Assembly (NCBI RefSeq): GCF_009914755.1
Contig: NC_060926.1
Direction: 5' to 3' (one strand)
DNA: 64,000 nucleotides
Source of the DNA: the human T2T-CHM13v2.0 reference genome, Homo sapiens
Part shown: positions 1 through 16,819 of the stretch, piece by piece
Position numbering within the stretch: position 1 is the first letter of the stretch
How the letters are laid out: each line of letters starts with the position of its first letter
Translations under genes and position numbers: made by a program
Notes under the pieces: model-generated
Seen by the model: only the letters and a program-made list of their open reading frames with translations
The model's database searches: none
What the model was told of the DNA's origin: nothing

Positions 1-641
<641 letters not shown>

Positions 642-644
642 TGC

Positions 645-760
645 AAAATGAATTCAGTAAAGTTGTAGAATACAAAATCAATATACAAAAACCAGTAACA
701 TTTCTATATACTAATAGTGAAAGACCTGAAAAAGAAATCAAGAAAGTAATTTCTTTACAG
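645..760 (+). mobile_element. Older L1 ORF2 fragment in the opposite orientation
   Basis: Translates [25 protein letters not shown], matching L1 ORF2 (FSKVSGYKINVQKS..FLYTNN). Confidence 0.75.
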
Positions 761-2487
761 TTTTTACATCTTTAAAATTATTTAATTTCTCTTAAAGAAC
801 TACTTCAGCTGTATCCTGTTAGTTTTTATATATTGTATAATTCAATTGAGAATATTTGCTTAATTTAATTGTGATTTTTTCTTTGATAGATAGAATAACA
901 AATATATTTTTTTAATTTCCAGGAAGATAAGAATTATTAATTATTGTTTAAAAATTGTTTTATAGTTTATTATACTATAGTTGGCAAGCATATTTTAAAT
1001 TATTCATCCTTTTTTACTTATTCTTACTTGACAAATATTATGAATATTCTATTTTCACATAAACAGAATATGGATTCTGTGATTGGTGATGTAATTTTGA
1101 ATAGGTGATGTTTCATATAATTTATAGATCTATAGTTTATAGGTCTCATATATTATTACTGTTATTTTTACCCTGTCAGCAATTTAAAAATGTGTCTAGA
1201 ATAATACAACTATGATTCTTAATTGTTGCTTTTTCCCTTTAGCTGTGTTTTTTGCTTTCCTTATTTTTGTGTCTTTATTATTAGGTGCATATCTATATAT
1301 TTTACATGAGTCTATCTTCTAGTGAACTAAATAATTTATTGTTTAAAGTGAGCGTCTTTATCGGTAGTAAAAGAGTTTGTCTTACTGCTCAATTTGTCTA
1401 ATGTTAATTTAATTTCTTTATTATTTTTGGCCATAATTTTCTTTAAGCTATTTTTTTAATCTGGATTTTTTCGGCTTGTTTGGCAATTGATATGTTGTAA
1501 AGCATTTCTTCCAACCTAGAGGTAGAAATTGCATATAATTTTAAGGCTTAATCATAAGTTATATCTTGTTTGTTTCATAATGATAGTTAAAAATTCTCCT
1601 ACTATGTTTTTTATATTCTAAATATTGGCATATATAAGTCACATTGATTTACATTTGAAATATATACATTTATATTTATATTTTACCCAGTAATATTTGT
1701 AAAATATTTTTTCTATGAATTTTAGCAGTAACTTAAAAATTGTGTTGCTATTTTGATAGATTCTCATTTTATTTGTAAAGAAAGATGGTATTATCTCTTC
1801 CTTTGCAACTTTTGAATTTCTCAATTTTGTTTCTGCAATTTTGTATTAGATAAAAACTAGTTTACTGTTGAGTAAAAACAATGGCTGCCATTTCTTTCTT
1901 GTTACTATAGTATAACTGCTATTAAAAATTTCACAATTATATATAGTGTTTGCTACAAAGGTTGTTATCAGGATAAGACATTTATATTGGTAAATAACTG
2001 AGATTTTATCTCAAATAAATATTTATTCAATTAATTATATGTAAAAGTTGATTTTTTTCCTTCTCTCTTTGAGTATATATATTATAATAACAGATTACCT
2101 AAAGTTGAGCCATTTTGAAGTGCTGGGGATAAATAAACAACTTTTTTGAACATAGTATGTTTTGTGCCAAACTGCCAAGTTCAACTGGATAATATTTTAT
2201 AATAATTTATAATTATATTCAGAAAGAGATTTGTTTTTTCTTTCTGCTTTCCTTGTGAAGAAAATGTTATAATCAAGTTTATAAGAGCTTTGTAAAATGA
2301 TCTTTTTTTCTATTTTGTGAAACAATTTTAAACAGACTGATGACCTCTTCTATGGAATATTGGTCAAACTTAGTTTGGGCCTAGTGAATTTTATACTTGT
2401 TTCAAATTTATTTGCACTAATTTACTCAATGTATTAACAAATAACCTTTAAATCTTACTGTTTTTCATTATTTTGTTTATAATATTA

Positions 2488-2814
<327 letters not shown>

Positions 2815-4124
2815 TCAGTCCCTCTAGTGTTTATTAATTATTACATTAGTTTTTTAAATGAATAAGTGCTTGGTTTTGTTGATCCCCTCTATTTTTCATT
2901 GTGTCTTGTTTCTTTTCAATTAATATCTTTACTTCTATGTATTTATTAATTTCCCTTGCTATATTCAAATATATCTGGTTACTTTTCCAGATTCTTGCAC
3001 TGAAAAAAGTAACTTATTTATTTATAATTTGGACCCCAGGCACACAGAATTGTAATAATACAATTATTTGTTCATGACACATTCTTATCAGTGGTCCATA
3101 CATGAACAACATGAATTAAAGCCGTAGTTTTCCACTTTAAAATGATTTGATCGCTAAAGATAGGAAAAGACCTTCATGTTTCCAATTCTTGTTAAAATAT
3201 AAAGAAAATGTAACTGTTTGTGTGGATATAAATTGAGTATGTACATATTAAAATAATTTAGAAACAAATTACAAAATGAAAATATGTATATTTTAACAAC
3301 CCACCAATTTCACCTCTAGATATAAATTTTGAGAAACTCTCACACAGGTCTACAGCAAGATGTGTATAATAATGTTCTAATTAGCGTTGTTATTGCAAAG
3401 GAAGGAAAACAGCACAAACTTCATTGGAGTCTCAAAATTTTCATCCATATCCATTAACTGCTCATTCATCCATTTCTTATCTTCTTTCTTAACTTCAAAC
3501 ATTACAGTGGTGTTCTTCAATTCCAGTTTTTCCTTAGATTTTATTAAATGTATTGCATTTTAAATTTCAGGGACTATTTCTTTTCTGTCTTATAAGTGGC
3601 TTCTTTTAATTCCTCATTTTCAGTACACTAGTTTTAACTTTTTTCAGGCTGATATCTAAAATGCACTTCATATCAGATCAGTTACTGTTCTAATCATTGA
3701 TTTTGCTGGCTCTTTTTATTAAATTGTTAGACTCATTCCTGCATTTTGCAGACTTTTTATTCTGGGTTGACAATTCTCTCTCAAATTCTCTCTCTTCCCT
3801 CCCCCCTTTCACTTACTCCTCATTCTTTACTCATTTTGCCATTACTTCTACCTGTTCTTTTGGACTCTGAATTCAAAATCATGCCATTGATATCAATTAG
3901 GAATGACTCTTCCCATGGATAGTTAAAGGTATGGGGATACATGCAGGGAAGCAGTGAGTGAAGGTGCTTTTGCTTAATTGCTAGTAATAAGGTTGATTTT
4001 TTTTCTGCCTTGTTGGTGAATAATTTTGAATTAAATTACAACCTGAATTAGTAGATAATAGTAATAAAAGGCAAAAACTAATAATAATATTTACCCTCTT
4101 TAATGAGGGTAACTCCATTCTTAC

Positions 4125-4163
4125 CTCTAGCTTTTAACAATGAAACTTTCTCTTGTTTGCTGT
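4125..4163 (-). pseudogene. Fossil exon candidate (39 nt, SKQEKVSLLKAR)
   Basis: tttgttttag|ACAGC...GCTAGAG|gtaaga; open frame, phase 1-1; preceded by a 75-nt gtgagt...ttttag intron (4164-4238) from another candidate exon at 4239-4377. Confidence 0.45.
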
Positions 4164-4989
4164 CTAAAACAAATATTTGTATTTCTCCTTACACCAAAGT
4201 AGCCTTATTTTGGTCATAACTGCCTAGTTTCGACTCACATTGCAGCAAGTTTATTTTATCAACTGTGGTTTAACGTTTTATATTTGCTTTATGTTTCTAA
4301 TCCATAGGTAAGTTACGGTGGTTTTACTCCCAGCAATGTCTACTTAGTTAACATTTTTTATATTTCATATACCATTGCTGTGTTTAGATAGAGGAGATTG
4401 TTTTTTCAAAAGCTAACCCCTTGGCTATATAAATCCATGTTAATGTTTATACATAAAGATTTTTTACACCACTAACAGAATACTTAGAAATCATTTTTGA
4501 AATGAAACTTTGAATATAATGCCAATGATTCATTGGATTTATTTCTTCATTGAATAGCCACATATATGTTTTATAAAATTGTCGTAAATGTTTCTTTCAC
4601 TTTACTATGTATAGACTTAGTAAAGTCAATATGGAATGACATATATCCATCTGCTGTGACCAAAACATACTTTAATTTTCTTAGCAAGGGGTAACTATTG
4701 AATTTATTTCTATTTTTATTTCTCAAAATAGACAACTTTATTTCATTTTATTACATATATGTTTTTGAGAGATATTTTCATGTTAATTTATAAAGGAATT
4801 GAGTTTATTTTGAGATACTGATGTAATTTATTATTATTTTGTATGCAAAGTCATTTTAAATCTTCTACACATGATTAAGGAGATTTAAGCAGAGATTGTC
4901 TTTCTGTCCAAAGAACTCATTTTTTCTTCATCCTGTGTTTACTGATAGGCTGTATTTCCCAGCTTTCTTGGAGCTTGGGGTAACATTTG

Positions 4990-7900
4990 TTTTTGTTTTT
5001 GTTTTTTAATTGACCTAAGTTCTGGGATACATGTCCAGAACGTGCAGGTTTATTATACAGGTAAACGTGTGCCATCGTTGTTTGCTGCCCCTATCAACCA
5101 GTCACCCAGGTAATAAGCCCCACATGCATTAACTATTTGTCCTGATACTCTTCCTCCCTTCGGCTCAGCACAACAGGCCCTGGTGTGTGTTGTCCCCCTC
5201 CCTGTGTCCATGTGTTCTTACTGTTCAGTTCTCACTTACGATAAGTACATGCGGTGTTTGGTTTCCTGTTCCTGTGTTAGTTTGCTGAGGATGATGGCTT
5301 ATACCTTCATCCATATCCCTTTAAAGAACATGATTGCATTCCTTTTTATGTCTGCCTAGTATATCACGGTGTGTATGTACCAAATTTTCTTTATTCAGTC
5401 TATCATTAGTAGGCATTTGAGTTGGTTCCATGTCTTTTATATTGTGAATATTGCTACAATAAACATATGTGTGCATGTATCTTTATAACAGAATGATTTC
5501 CATTCCTTTGGGTATTTACTCAGTACTGGGATTGCTGGGTCCAGTGGTATTTCTGGTTCTAGATCCTTGAGGAATTGCCACACTGTGTTCCACAATGGAT
5601 GAACTAATTTACATTCCCACAAACAGTGTAAAAGCGCTCCTATTTCTTCACAGCTTCACCAGCATCAGTTGTTTCTTGACATTTTAATAATCACCATTCT
5701 GACTGGTGTGAGATGGTATCAGTTGATGATCACCATTCTAACTAGCATGAGGTGGTATCTCATTGTGGTTTTGATTTGCATTTCTCTAATGACAGTGATG
5801 ATGAGCTTTTTTTCATATGTTTCTTGGCCACATAAATGTCTTATTTTGACAAATGTCTGTTCATATACTTCGTTCACTTTTTGATGGGATTCTTTGTTTT
5901 TTTCCTGTTAATTTATTTAAGTTCCTTGTATATTTTGGATATTAGACCTTTGTCAGATTGATAGATTGCAAAAATTGTCTCCCATTCTGTAGGTTGTCTG
6001 TTCACTCTGATGATTGTTTCTTTTGCTGAACAGAAGCTCTTCAGATTTATTATATCCCATTTGTCAATTGTGGCTTTTGTTGCAATTGCTTTTGGTGTTT
6101 TAACCATGAAGCCTTTGCCCATGCCTATGTCCTAAATGGTATTGCCTAGGTTTTCTTCTAGGGTTTTTATGGTTTTAGGTTTTACATTTAAGTCTTTAAT
6201 CCATCTTGAGTTAATTTTTGTATAAAGTGTAAGGAAGAGGTCCAGTTTCTGTTTTTTGCATATGGCTAGCCAGTTTTCCCAGCACCATTTCTTAAATAGG
6301 GAATCCTTTCCCCGTTGCTTGTTTTTATCAGGTTTGTTGAAGATCAAATGGTTGTAAATGTGTGGTGTTATTTCTGAGGCCTCTGTTCTGTTCCATTGCT
6401 CTATATATTTGTTTTGGTACCAGTACCTTGTTGTTTTGATTACTGTAGGCTCGTAGTATAGTTCAAAGTCAGGTAGCATGATGCCTCCAGTTTTGTTCTT
6501 TTTGCCTAGGATTTTCTTGGTTATATGGGCCCTTTTTTGGTTGCATATGACATTTAAACTAGTTGTTTCTAGTTCTGTGAACAAAGTCAATGGCAGCTTG
6601 ATGGGACTAGCATTAAATCTATAAATTACTTTGGGCAGTATGGCCATTTTCACAATATTGATTCTTCCTATCTATGAGAATGGAATGTTTTTCAATTCAT
6701 TTGTGTCCTCTCTTATTTCCTTGAGTAGTGGTTTGTAGTTCTCCTTGAAGAGGTCCTTAATATCCCTTGTTAACTATATTCCTAGGTATTTTATTCTATC
6801 TGTAGCAATTGTGAATGGGAGTTCATTCATGATTTGACTTCCTGCTTGTCTGTTGTTGGTGTATAGGAATGCTTGTGATTTTTGCACTTTGATTTTGTAT
6901 CCTCAGACTTTGCTGAAGTTGCTGATCAGCTTAAGGAGCTTTTGGGCTGAGATGATGGGGTTTTCTAAATATAGGATTATATAATCTGCAAACAGAGGCA
7001 ATTTGACTTCCTCTCTTTCTATTCGAATACCCTTTCTTTCTTCCTCTTGCCTGACTGCCCTGGCAAGAACTTCCAATAGATTTAATGCTAGTCCCATCAA
7101 GCTGCCATTGACTTTGTTCACAGAACTAGAAACAACTAGTTTAAATGTCATATGCAACCAAAAAAGGGCCCATATAACCAAGAAAATCCTAGGCAAAAAG
7201 AACATGTTGTATAGGAGTGGTGAGAGAGGGCATCCTTATCTTGCACCGTTTTCAAAGCGAATGCTTCCAGCTTTTGCCCATTCAGTATGATATTGGCTAT
7301 GAGTTTGTCATAAATTGCTCTTATTGTCTTGAGATATGTTCCTTCAATACTTAGTTTGATAGAAGTTTTTAAAATGAAGGGATGTTGAATTTTATCGACG
7401 GCCTTTTCTGCATCTATGGAGACAATCATGTGGATTTTTTTCACTGATTCTCTTTATGTAATGGATTATGTTTAATGATTTGCTTATGTTGAACCAGCCT
7501 TGCATCCCAGGGAAGAAACTGACTTGATAGCGGTGGATAAGCTTTTTGATATGCTGCTGGATTCCTCAGAGCTAGCAGGAGGAAAGACTAAGTCTGCCGG
7601 TCCATGGAGACTATGGCCACCCCTCCCACTAGGGGTTTAGACCCAGGGAGATCAGAGTTCTGACCCTGAGGCCCTGGCTGGAGTTGTTGGAGTTCCTATA
7701 GAGAGGCCTTGCCCAGTGAGGGGGCATGGGTCAGGGTCCAGCCTAAAGATGCAGTCTGGCTGCAGTCTGCCACAGCTGGTGTGCTGTGTTATGGGGAATA
7801 CCTCTTGGGACCAGGCCGTCCAGGCTCCCTGGCTTCAGTAGGGTGAAATCTGGCCCTAGAGCCATAGTGAAGGCTGCTGCCCTTTCACCCTTGGAGTTTA

Positions 7901-8424
7901 GTGTCTTAGGCAGCTAGCAGCCACAGTGTTGGCTGTCGCCCATTCCCCGGGGAGCTCAGAGGGCCTAGACAGCAAGCAGCAGCAGCAGTGGTGATGGCCA
8001 CTCCTCCTCCTGGGAACTCAGTAGGCTTAGGCATATTCCAGGTGAGTGGCTGTTGAGAATCTGTACAGTTCCATGGTTGGGACCCGAGGCCCTGGTGGCA
8101 TGGGCTCATGAGTGGGATCTTCCGATCCATGGGTTACCCAGTTCTGTGGAAAAAGCATGGTTTCCCAGGCTGGGCAGCATGCTCACTCAATGCCTCCCTT
8201 GGCTGGGGTATGGGGCTCCTCTGCCCAGTGTGGCCCTCAGGTGAGCTGACGCACCAACCTACTCTTCCCTCCTCTCTCTGGGTTACGCCAGCCACCTAGT
8301 CAGTACTGATGACAGAATTTGGATACTTCGGTTGCCAGTGCAGAATTCATACTCTGTTTTGATTCTTTTTTGTGGGAGCCTCTGATTGCTGCTGCTTCTA
8401 GTCAGCCATCTTGTCCCTGTCCCC
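4990..8424 (-). mobile_element. Older L1PA element with intact 5' and 3' ends but an internal deletion of ORF1 and the ORF2 N-terminus
   Basis: Poly(T)/3'UTR from about 4990; ORF2 remnants in the ORF track (5437-7444); GC-rich 5'UTR 7565-8424 ending in the reverse complement of caagatggctgactagaagcagc; target-site duplication (TSD) tggggtaacatttg (4976-4989) / tggggttccatttg (8425-8438). Confidence 0.9.
6494..7204. repeat. Perfect 129-bp inverted repeat (arms 6494-6622 and 7076-7204, 453-bp spacer)
   Basis: Base-by-base comparison: 7076-7204 is the exact reverse complement of 6494-6622. The same peptide ([42 protein letters not shown]) appears in ORFs on both strands. Confidence 0.97.
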
Positions 8425-8613
8425 TGGGGTTCCATTTGACCAAACAAGACCTGCTTAAATGTGAGGGGAACTGGTATGCACCGGTCATTTCTAAACATTG
8501 GTGCAAAAACCACAATAACCTTTGCATCAATCTTATACTAAATTTTTAAATGAATGTTTGATTCTCCAAGTGCTTTCCCTCAGTACAAGTTTGATGTACA
8601 TGAGAACACTTAC

Positions 8614-8677
8614 CTTTAAAGCCAGCTGTAAATGTTGAAGCGGAAAAATGTAAAAAGTTTGGAAACTCAAAGCAGAC
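8614..8677 (-). pseudogene. Fossil exon candidate (64 nt, VCFEFPNFLHFSASTFTAGFK)
   Basis: gtttttctccaag|GTCTGC...TTTAAAG|gtaagt; open frame. Confidence 0.5.
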
Positions 8678-9658
8678 CTTGGAGAAAAACTATGTGGTAA
8701 TGCAGAATAACTATTTTGATCTTTTACCTAGAAAACAATTTCTATTACATTTGATCCATTATACATTGTGAAGGGTGTTTTTATTATTGACTCAAGCACT
8801 TAGTGAAATGGTAAGTAATAAAGTCATAGTTACTACAGAAAAAGTGATTAAATCTAGAATAATACAAAAGCTAAAAGCAGAAAAATTTTGACTGAATGAA
8901 GTGATACATGCTAACAAAGTCTAGAACTATTTTTAAATCTAATTTGGGTAGGAAGTATAGAATGAAGGAAAAAAAGAATTTATGACCATAAGAATTTTTT
9001 TGATTAAATGGTGACAATTTTTTAACAAATAGTTGAGAATATCCAGATATGTAGTAAGATATATTAAAATAAAACTCAGGACTAGAAAAAGAAATTTTAG
9101 ATTCATCAGTATAGGTATTTTTTTGACAACCATAAGTTTCAGGTGACCAAACTGTCTATTGCAAGAATTTTGAAAATTAAACATTAGAAAAATATAAAAT
9201 ATAATGGAGGAACAAAATGAGAAGATTAGAAAGGATAAAGACCAAATTAGAATCAACTAAGTCAATAATCTCAACAAATGGTAACTGCAATAAGTAAGAA
9301 TAGAAAGGTAGACAAATGTGTACAAGAGTTCAGTGCCCTAAGCACAAATCTAGGGTAAAAATCATACAGTTTACATATTTCTAAGTAAGATTTCACATTT
9401 CACCCCTAATTTCAATTTCAATATATTTTATGATTTTATTACTCTAAACAAGGAAACAAAATATATGGGGAGACAGAATATGGAGAGGATGGCCTAGGTT
9501 AATTCCTCATGCATAAAGGAGATGTAAAAGGGAGTATGATTCTAGTTATAGCTGAGTTCTCTTTCATGATGCAAAAGAGAATTTCAATAGAGATATAGGT
9601 ACACTAGTTATTAACTCTACACTATTTGTGAAATGTTAAGAAAATATTATATACTCAC

Positions 9659-9701
9659 ATTTTCAAGGTGATAGCAGGCGAAAGTTTTTAAAAATCCTGT
9701 T
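9659..9701 (-). pseudogene. Fossil exon candidate (43 nt, TGFLKTFACYHLEN)
   Basis: ttctcttcctgtttgaccag|AACAGG...GAAAAT|gtgagt; open frame that splices in phase into 8614-8677. Confidence 0.5.
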
Positions 9702-10932
9702 CTGGTCAAACAGGAAGAGAATCAGGAAATAATTTGTCATATATATGTAAATATATATATTCATGAGCCTCCATATGTAAATGCAAATGATAATGACTAT
9801 TAAAGAAATAACAAAACAAACATATATGTCAGAAGTAAATGGCTAGATAAGTTATGTCTTAAGTATTCTGCAACTATTCTGTTTCTACCTACAACCTAAT
9901 GGGGTAACTTGGCTTTCCTATACCTTTTTTTCTTTTCTAATTATATGAATTCAACAAGCTAAACCAGTTGGCTCAGACACTTTTCATAGGAGAATTTGAT
10001 GATTTATAGACTGCTATTGAAACCTGTCTAGAACTCTGATGTTTCTCCAGAGTTGGATAAATGTGTTCCAGAAAATAAAATTCTAGCAAATCCACTCATT
10101 TTTGTCAAAGACAAATATAAGCTGTTCAATTCCCATCAATATAAAGACTATTCATAAAAGGTATTTAAAAATTCAGCCCTGAAACCCAATAAATGAACTT
10201 CTGTTTATGATCTTCAATTTCAAGAGGTCTTTATCTGACCAGCATTATGTAGATTGAGGATGTGAGTTTTCAGTACTGACTGTGATATTTTAAACAAGGT
10301 TTATTGTCAGCTCTTCTCCCTCTTTCACCATAGCCCTCCCAATATGTCATATAATCAATAAAATCTCTCTCCAATGTGGTCATGTCTCCCCGACCGTTGC
10401 CCATTCAATTTTTCCTTCATACTCCCACACACATATCTTTCTCCCCTTCATTTACTGTGTTCTTTATTAAGACTATCATCTCACCCTGAGATCTCAAATC
10501 TCTATAATCTCTCCTTCTTCCATTTTGTCTTCTCTGCTTCCAAAAAAAGAAAGTTTTTCTTTTTAAGTTTGAATAATTTATCCCTTCTTTACTTTTCTCA
10601 AAAATTTTAATTAGCTCCCATCAGATATAATTTAAATGCAATGTCTCAACCTCCTGTAGAAAGTCCTCTTTCTTCCTTCTCTGTTTAACCATTACAGCTC
10701 TTCATTCTGTACACTCAGCCACATAGTGTTTGTACATGAAGAGATAGGCTTTGAGTCTGTTAGAGATCTGGAGGCAGAAGTATAATCTAGGAGGCATTAG
10801 TGCTGACTTCTTTTACATATCTCTCCATCCTCTCATCCATAATGAGTTTGCTTTGATGGGGCAGTAGAGGCTCATGGCTTAGAGAAAGTTAAAGGAGCCG
10901 TTGTTTGTTTATTCCAGTGATGGGTAAATTAC

Positions 10933-11115
10933 CCAGAGTTTAAATGGGCAGGTCACAACAAGAAATTAGCTTCCTTCTCAATTCTAGCAGAAAAGTGTTG
11001 TGTACAGCATGGAAACTTTTATGGAAAACAACTCAAGAAAGTGTCTCACAAATATCTGTTGCATTATCATCTGTTCTGTATGACAGCATACATTCCATGT
11101 GTTCTATATCCTGCC
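10933..11115 (-). pseudogene. Fossil exon candidate (183 nt, [W]QDIEHMECMLSY...ELRRKLISCCDLPI)
   Basis: tttattag|GGCAGGAT...CTCTGG|gtaatt; phase 1-1; 2 stops in about 60 codons; the WQDIE-like start resembles the RGS 'FWxDIE' motif (the W depends on an unseen upstream exon). Confidence 0.4.
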
Positions 11116-11366
11116 CTAATAAACTTGAAACTTTGTAAGTGGTGTGTATGTGTATGGAGACAGTTGGGGGATTTTAGAAGGTCTTTTAAATCTATAACAC
11201 TCTAATAAATTTTTAGCCCTTTACCCTTTTGTGCATTATTTCTTATGCTAATAATTCATCCCAGTAATTGTTTTGTAATTTTATAAAGTCTAAATGATAG
11301 TTTTTCTTCTAAGTACATCCCTGACCAATGTCTCCCTCATATCTCACTATATCTATCTAAACTATA

Positions 11367-13978
<2,612 letters not shown>

Positions 13979-14544
13979 CTATATCAATGTCTCTGTCTAT
14001 ATGACCAATATCTCATTCACATATCTATACCTACATCTATTCCCATGTCTATATCTACATCTAATCAATGTCTATGTCTGTTTATATCTATTTCTATGCC
14101 TATGTCTACATCAATATCTACATGCATATCCAGACTGCATTCCTCTGCATCTCTGTAGACTCCTGTGTTTCTTACCCTAAACCCACACTGCACCTTATAA
14201 ATTCATATTTTATTGCACTAATAATAATAGTAATAAAACTAATATTTATTGGCACTATATACTAGATAGCATTATCATTATAAGAAGGTAACCACTTGAT
14301 AACTGCTAATAATTATATTAAAATGTCAAAAATTCAAGATGAAATTACCTACAGGCATATAAAAACAGTTTAAAAATTCGGAGATTCTGACATATTGTCA
14401 CAAATGTAAATGAGGATATCAATAATATAAATCAATAAATATTGGTTCCTGGAATTTGAGACATTTACTGTATTAAAAACATAGTTTTTATTATTTAAAA
14501 GTAATTCTGTTACTAAGCATACAAATTTATTTATTTTTAAAAAT

Positions 14545-14930
14545 TATTTCTTTTATTGATTTGGGGGTACAAGTACAGTTTTCTTACACAGATATATTGC
14601 ATAGTGGTGATGTCTGGGCTTTTAGTGTAATCACCATCTGAATAATGCACATTGTATCCATTAGTTCATTTCTCATTCCTAACCCTCCTCTCACCCTCCC
14701 ACCTTTCTGAGTCTCCGATGTCTACTATTCTGCTCTCTGTGTCCATATGTACACACTATTTAGCTCCCACTTATAAGCGAGAATATGCAGTATTTTGCTT
14801 TCTCTTCCTGAGTTATTTCACTCAAGATAATGGCTTTCAGTTCCATTCAGGTTGCTTCAAAAGACATGATTTCACCCTTTTTTGGCTGAATAGTATTCCA
14901 CAGCACATATATATATATACACACACATAT
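14545..14930 (-). mobile_element. L1 (L1PB/L1MA-type) 3' end fragment
   Basis: ttgggggtacaagtacag...tttagctcccacttataagcgagaatatgcagtattttg is typical antisense L1 3'UTR. Confidence 0.85.
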
Positions 14931-15349
14931 ATGGCAACTATTTTCATTGTCCTTCTGCTTATAGTAAATTTAGTGTTCCTCTCTTGATTTATAAAAAGGT
15001 TTATGTAATTATTAAAATATGGGTTATTCCATTTATGTATATATATAAATATACACAAAAATATATTCATGATAAAACAGGATTTCTTAGAAAATAGGCA
15101 GCACATTTGTTTATATTCAAAGGTTAATTCTTTTTTAAAGCAAGGTACAACATACATTGGAGTGAGATAGTTGCACCACCTGAGGTGTCTTTCGACAGAC
15201 TGACTTTAATTATTGTGATTAATCACTTGTCTACATATAGAGAATCTCCAATCCTCTTATATTCTATTTAGCAACCTCTAAAGTCAAGCCTTACTCAAAT
15301 CCATATATAGAAGGTAAATTTTGAAGAATGTTGAACTAAAATATCTTAC

Positions 15350-15630
15350 TTCAGAATATGTTCTTTTCTAGAAACATTTATGCTGTTAACTAGCTCCAGT
15401 GCTTTTGGCTGCAGCCCCCGCTGATTTTGCTGACAGCAAAGAAACTACTACTGAAGCTCTGGAGTTATCCTAGTCATGTTTTATACTTGGAAAATATGGC
15501 ACTTTGCACCAATTTTATTCTGGATATGGAATATGGTGTCTGTTAATGCCAGAATAGAACAGTGGTATTTTGTTAGTGAAGAGCACATCTTTTTTTACTA
15601 TTTCCTTATTTAGAATAAATCTTGCAACAC
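15350..15630 (-). pseudogene. Fossil exon candidate (281 nt, VARFILNKEIVKK...ALELVNSINVSRKEHIL)
   Basis: aaaatatag|GTGTTG...TCTGAA|gtaaga; long open stretches interrupted by a frameshift and stops; a neighbouring candidate exon has donor gtaagc at 15747-15752. Confidence 0.35.
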
Positions 15631-16819
15631 CTATATTTTAACACTTTACTATAGTATACAATCTAATTAAGCCCTTATTATACAAGCATGCCATTATATT
15701 TCTACACAGCATACATTTTAAATATCTTTTTCAAAGGTAATAGTAAGCTTACCATCTCAAGAAGAGGTAAATTTGTTGTTTGTTTGCTATTATTTTTAAG
15801 TGTTTTATATAAACCAATAGTTTCCTTGGACACCTTACCGTAATGAAACACACATCATATTTACTAAATATACAAAGAATATATTGAAGTAATTACAGTA
15901 GAAGTTTTCAATAACTTTAAGCTTATTCAAAGCATGTTTTTATCCTTTGTGTTATTTGAAATAGATGACAAGCTTGAACATTGAGAAAAGCTAAAATAAT
16001 TATTAGACATAGATTTTTTTCTATAAAATGAGATATAATTCATTAAAGAAAGAAACATTGTAGGCAGACCTAGTCTAATTATTCCTTTGAGTACATATAT
16101 TGAAGGGATATGTACTCAAATAAGATATTCTTAATCTTCTTTGAAAACTTCCTAACTACCTTTGCTATATTCCATGTTTATATTTCCTACATCTCTCATA
16201 ATATGTTTTAAAAAGCCTTTCCTTCTATTTTATTGTCTTTTTCTACTTCACTTTTTAAAATTATTTTCTATAGTGACTTATTATATCTGTTTTATTTCTT
16301 TCATATTTGGCCAAGGAGTTTTTTTCTCATAACTCTCTCTCTCTCTCTTTACATACATATATATGAAAATTATTTGTGTGTGTGTTTATATATATATATA
16401 TATATAAAAATAAAACTGAAAAGCTGAAATAAACATATAACTGGTTTGAAAGATATATGAGGACATTCTTGACAACTTTTGATATAGTTGATAAAACATA
16501 TTATAAGGAAGAATTTTTTTAAATCTTTGCACTGTTTTCTATGATCTTTAACTTCATCTTAAGTCTGCTTCAATTTAGAGGCTTTTTTTTTCTTTTACAT
16601 TCAGTGAGAGATATTTCTGGTGACTTCTATTAAGTGAGATTTTCTCACTCTCATTGGCCAGAATTGGCCACTGGCCCATAACTGAAATACTAATTATGGC
16701 CAGGGAATTGAAGAATTTATTGTTTTCTACCAATAGGGAACCACTAATGAAGATCCAGTACCTACTTTAACATTTCACATGGATACACCATTTTTCATGT
16801 TCTTTACTAATTTGATATA

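Noticed and set aside
8939-9256. 105-aa hydrophobic ORF
   Set aside because: Low-complexity T-rich antisense reading of A-rich, probably ancient L1-derived sequence.
9924-10178. Stand-alone coding evidence for this exon candidate
   Set aside because: Six stops in 85 codons is about the random expectation; kept only as part of the splice-site chain.
10918-11134. Plus-strand exon alternative (ttattccag…ACTTT|gtaagt; ORF 10944-11138)
   Set aside because: Isolated, with no neighbouring plus-strand exons; the minus-strand reading fits the surrounding chain better. Not fully excluded.
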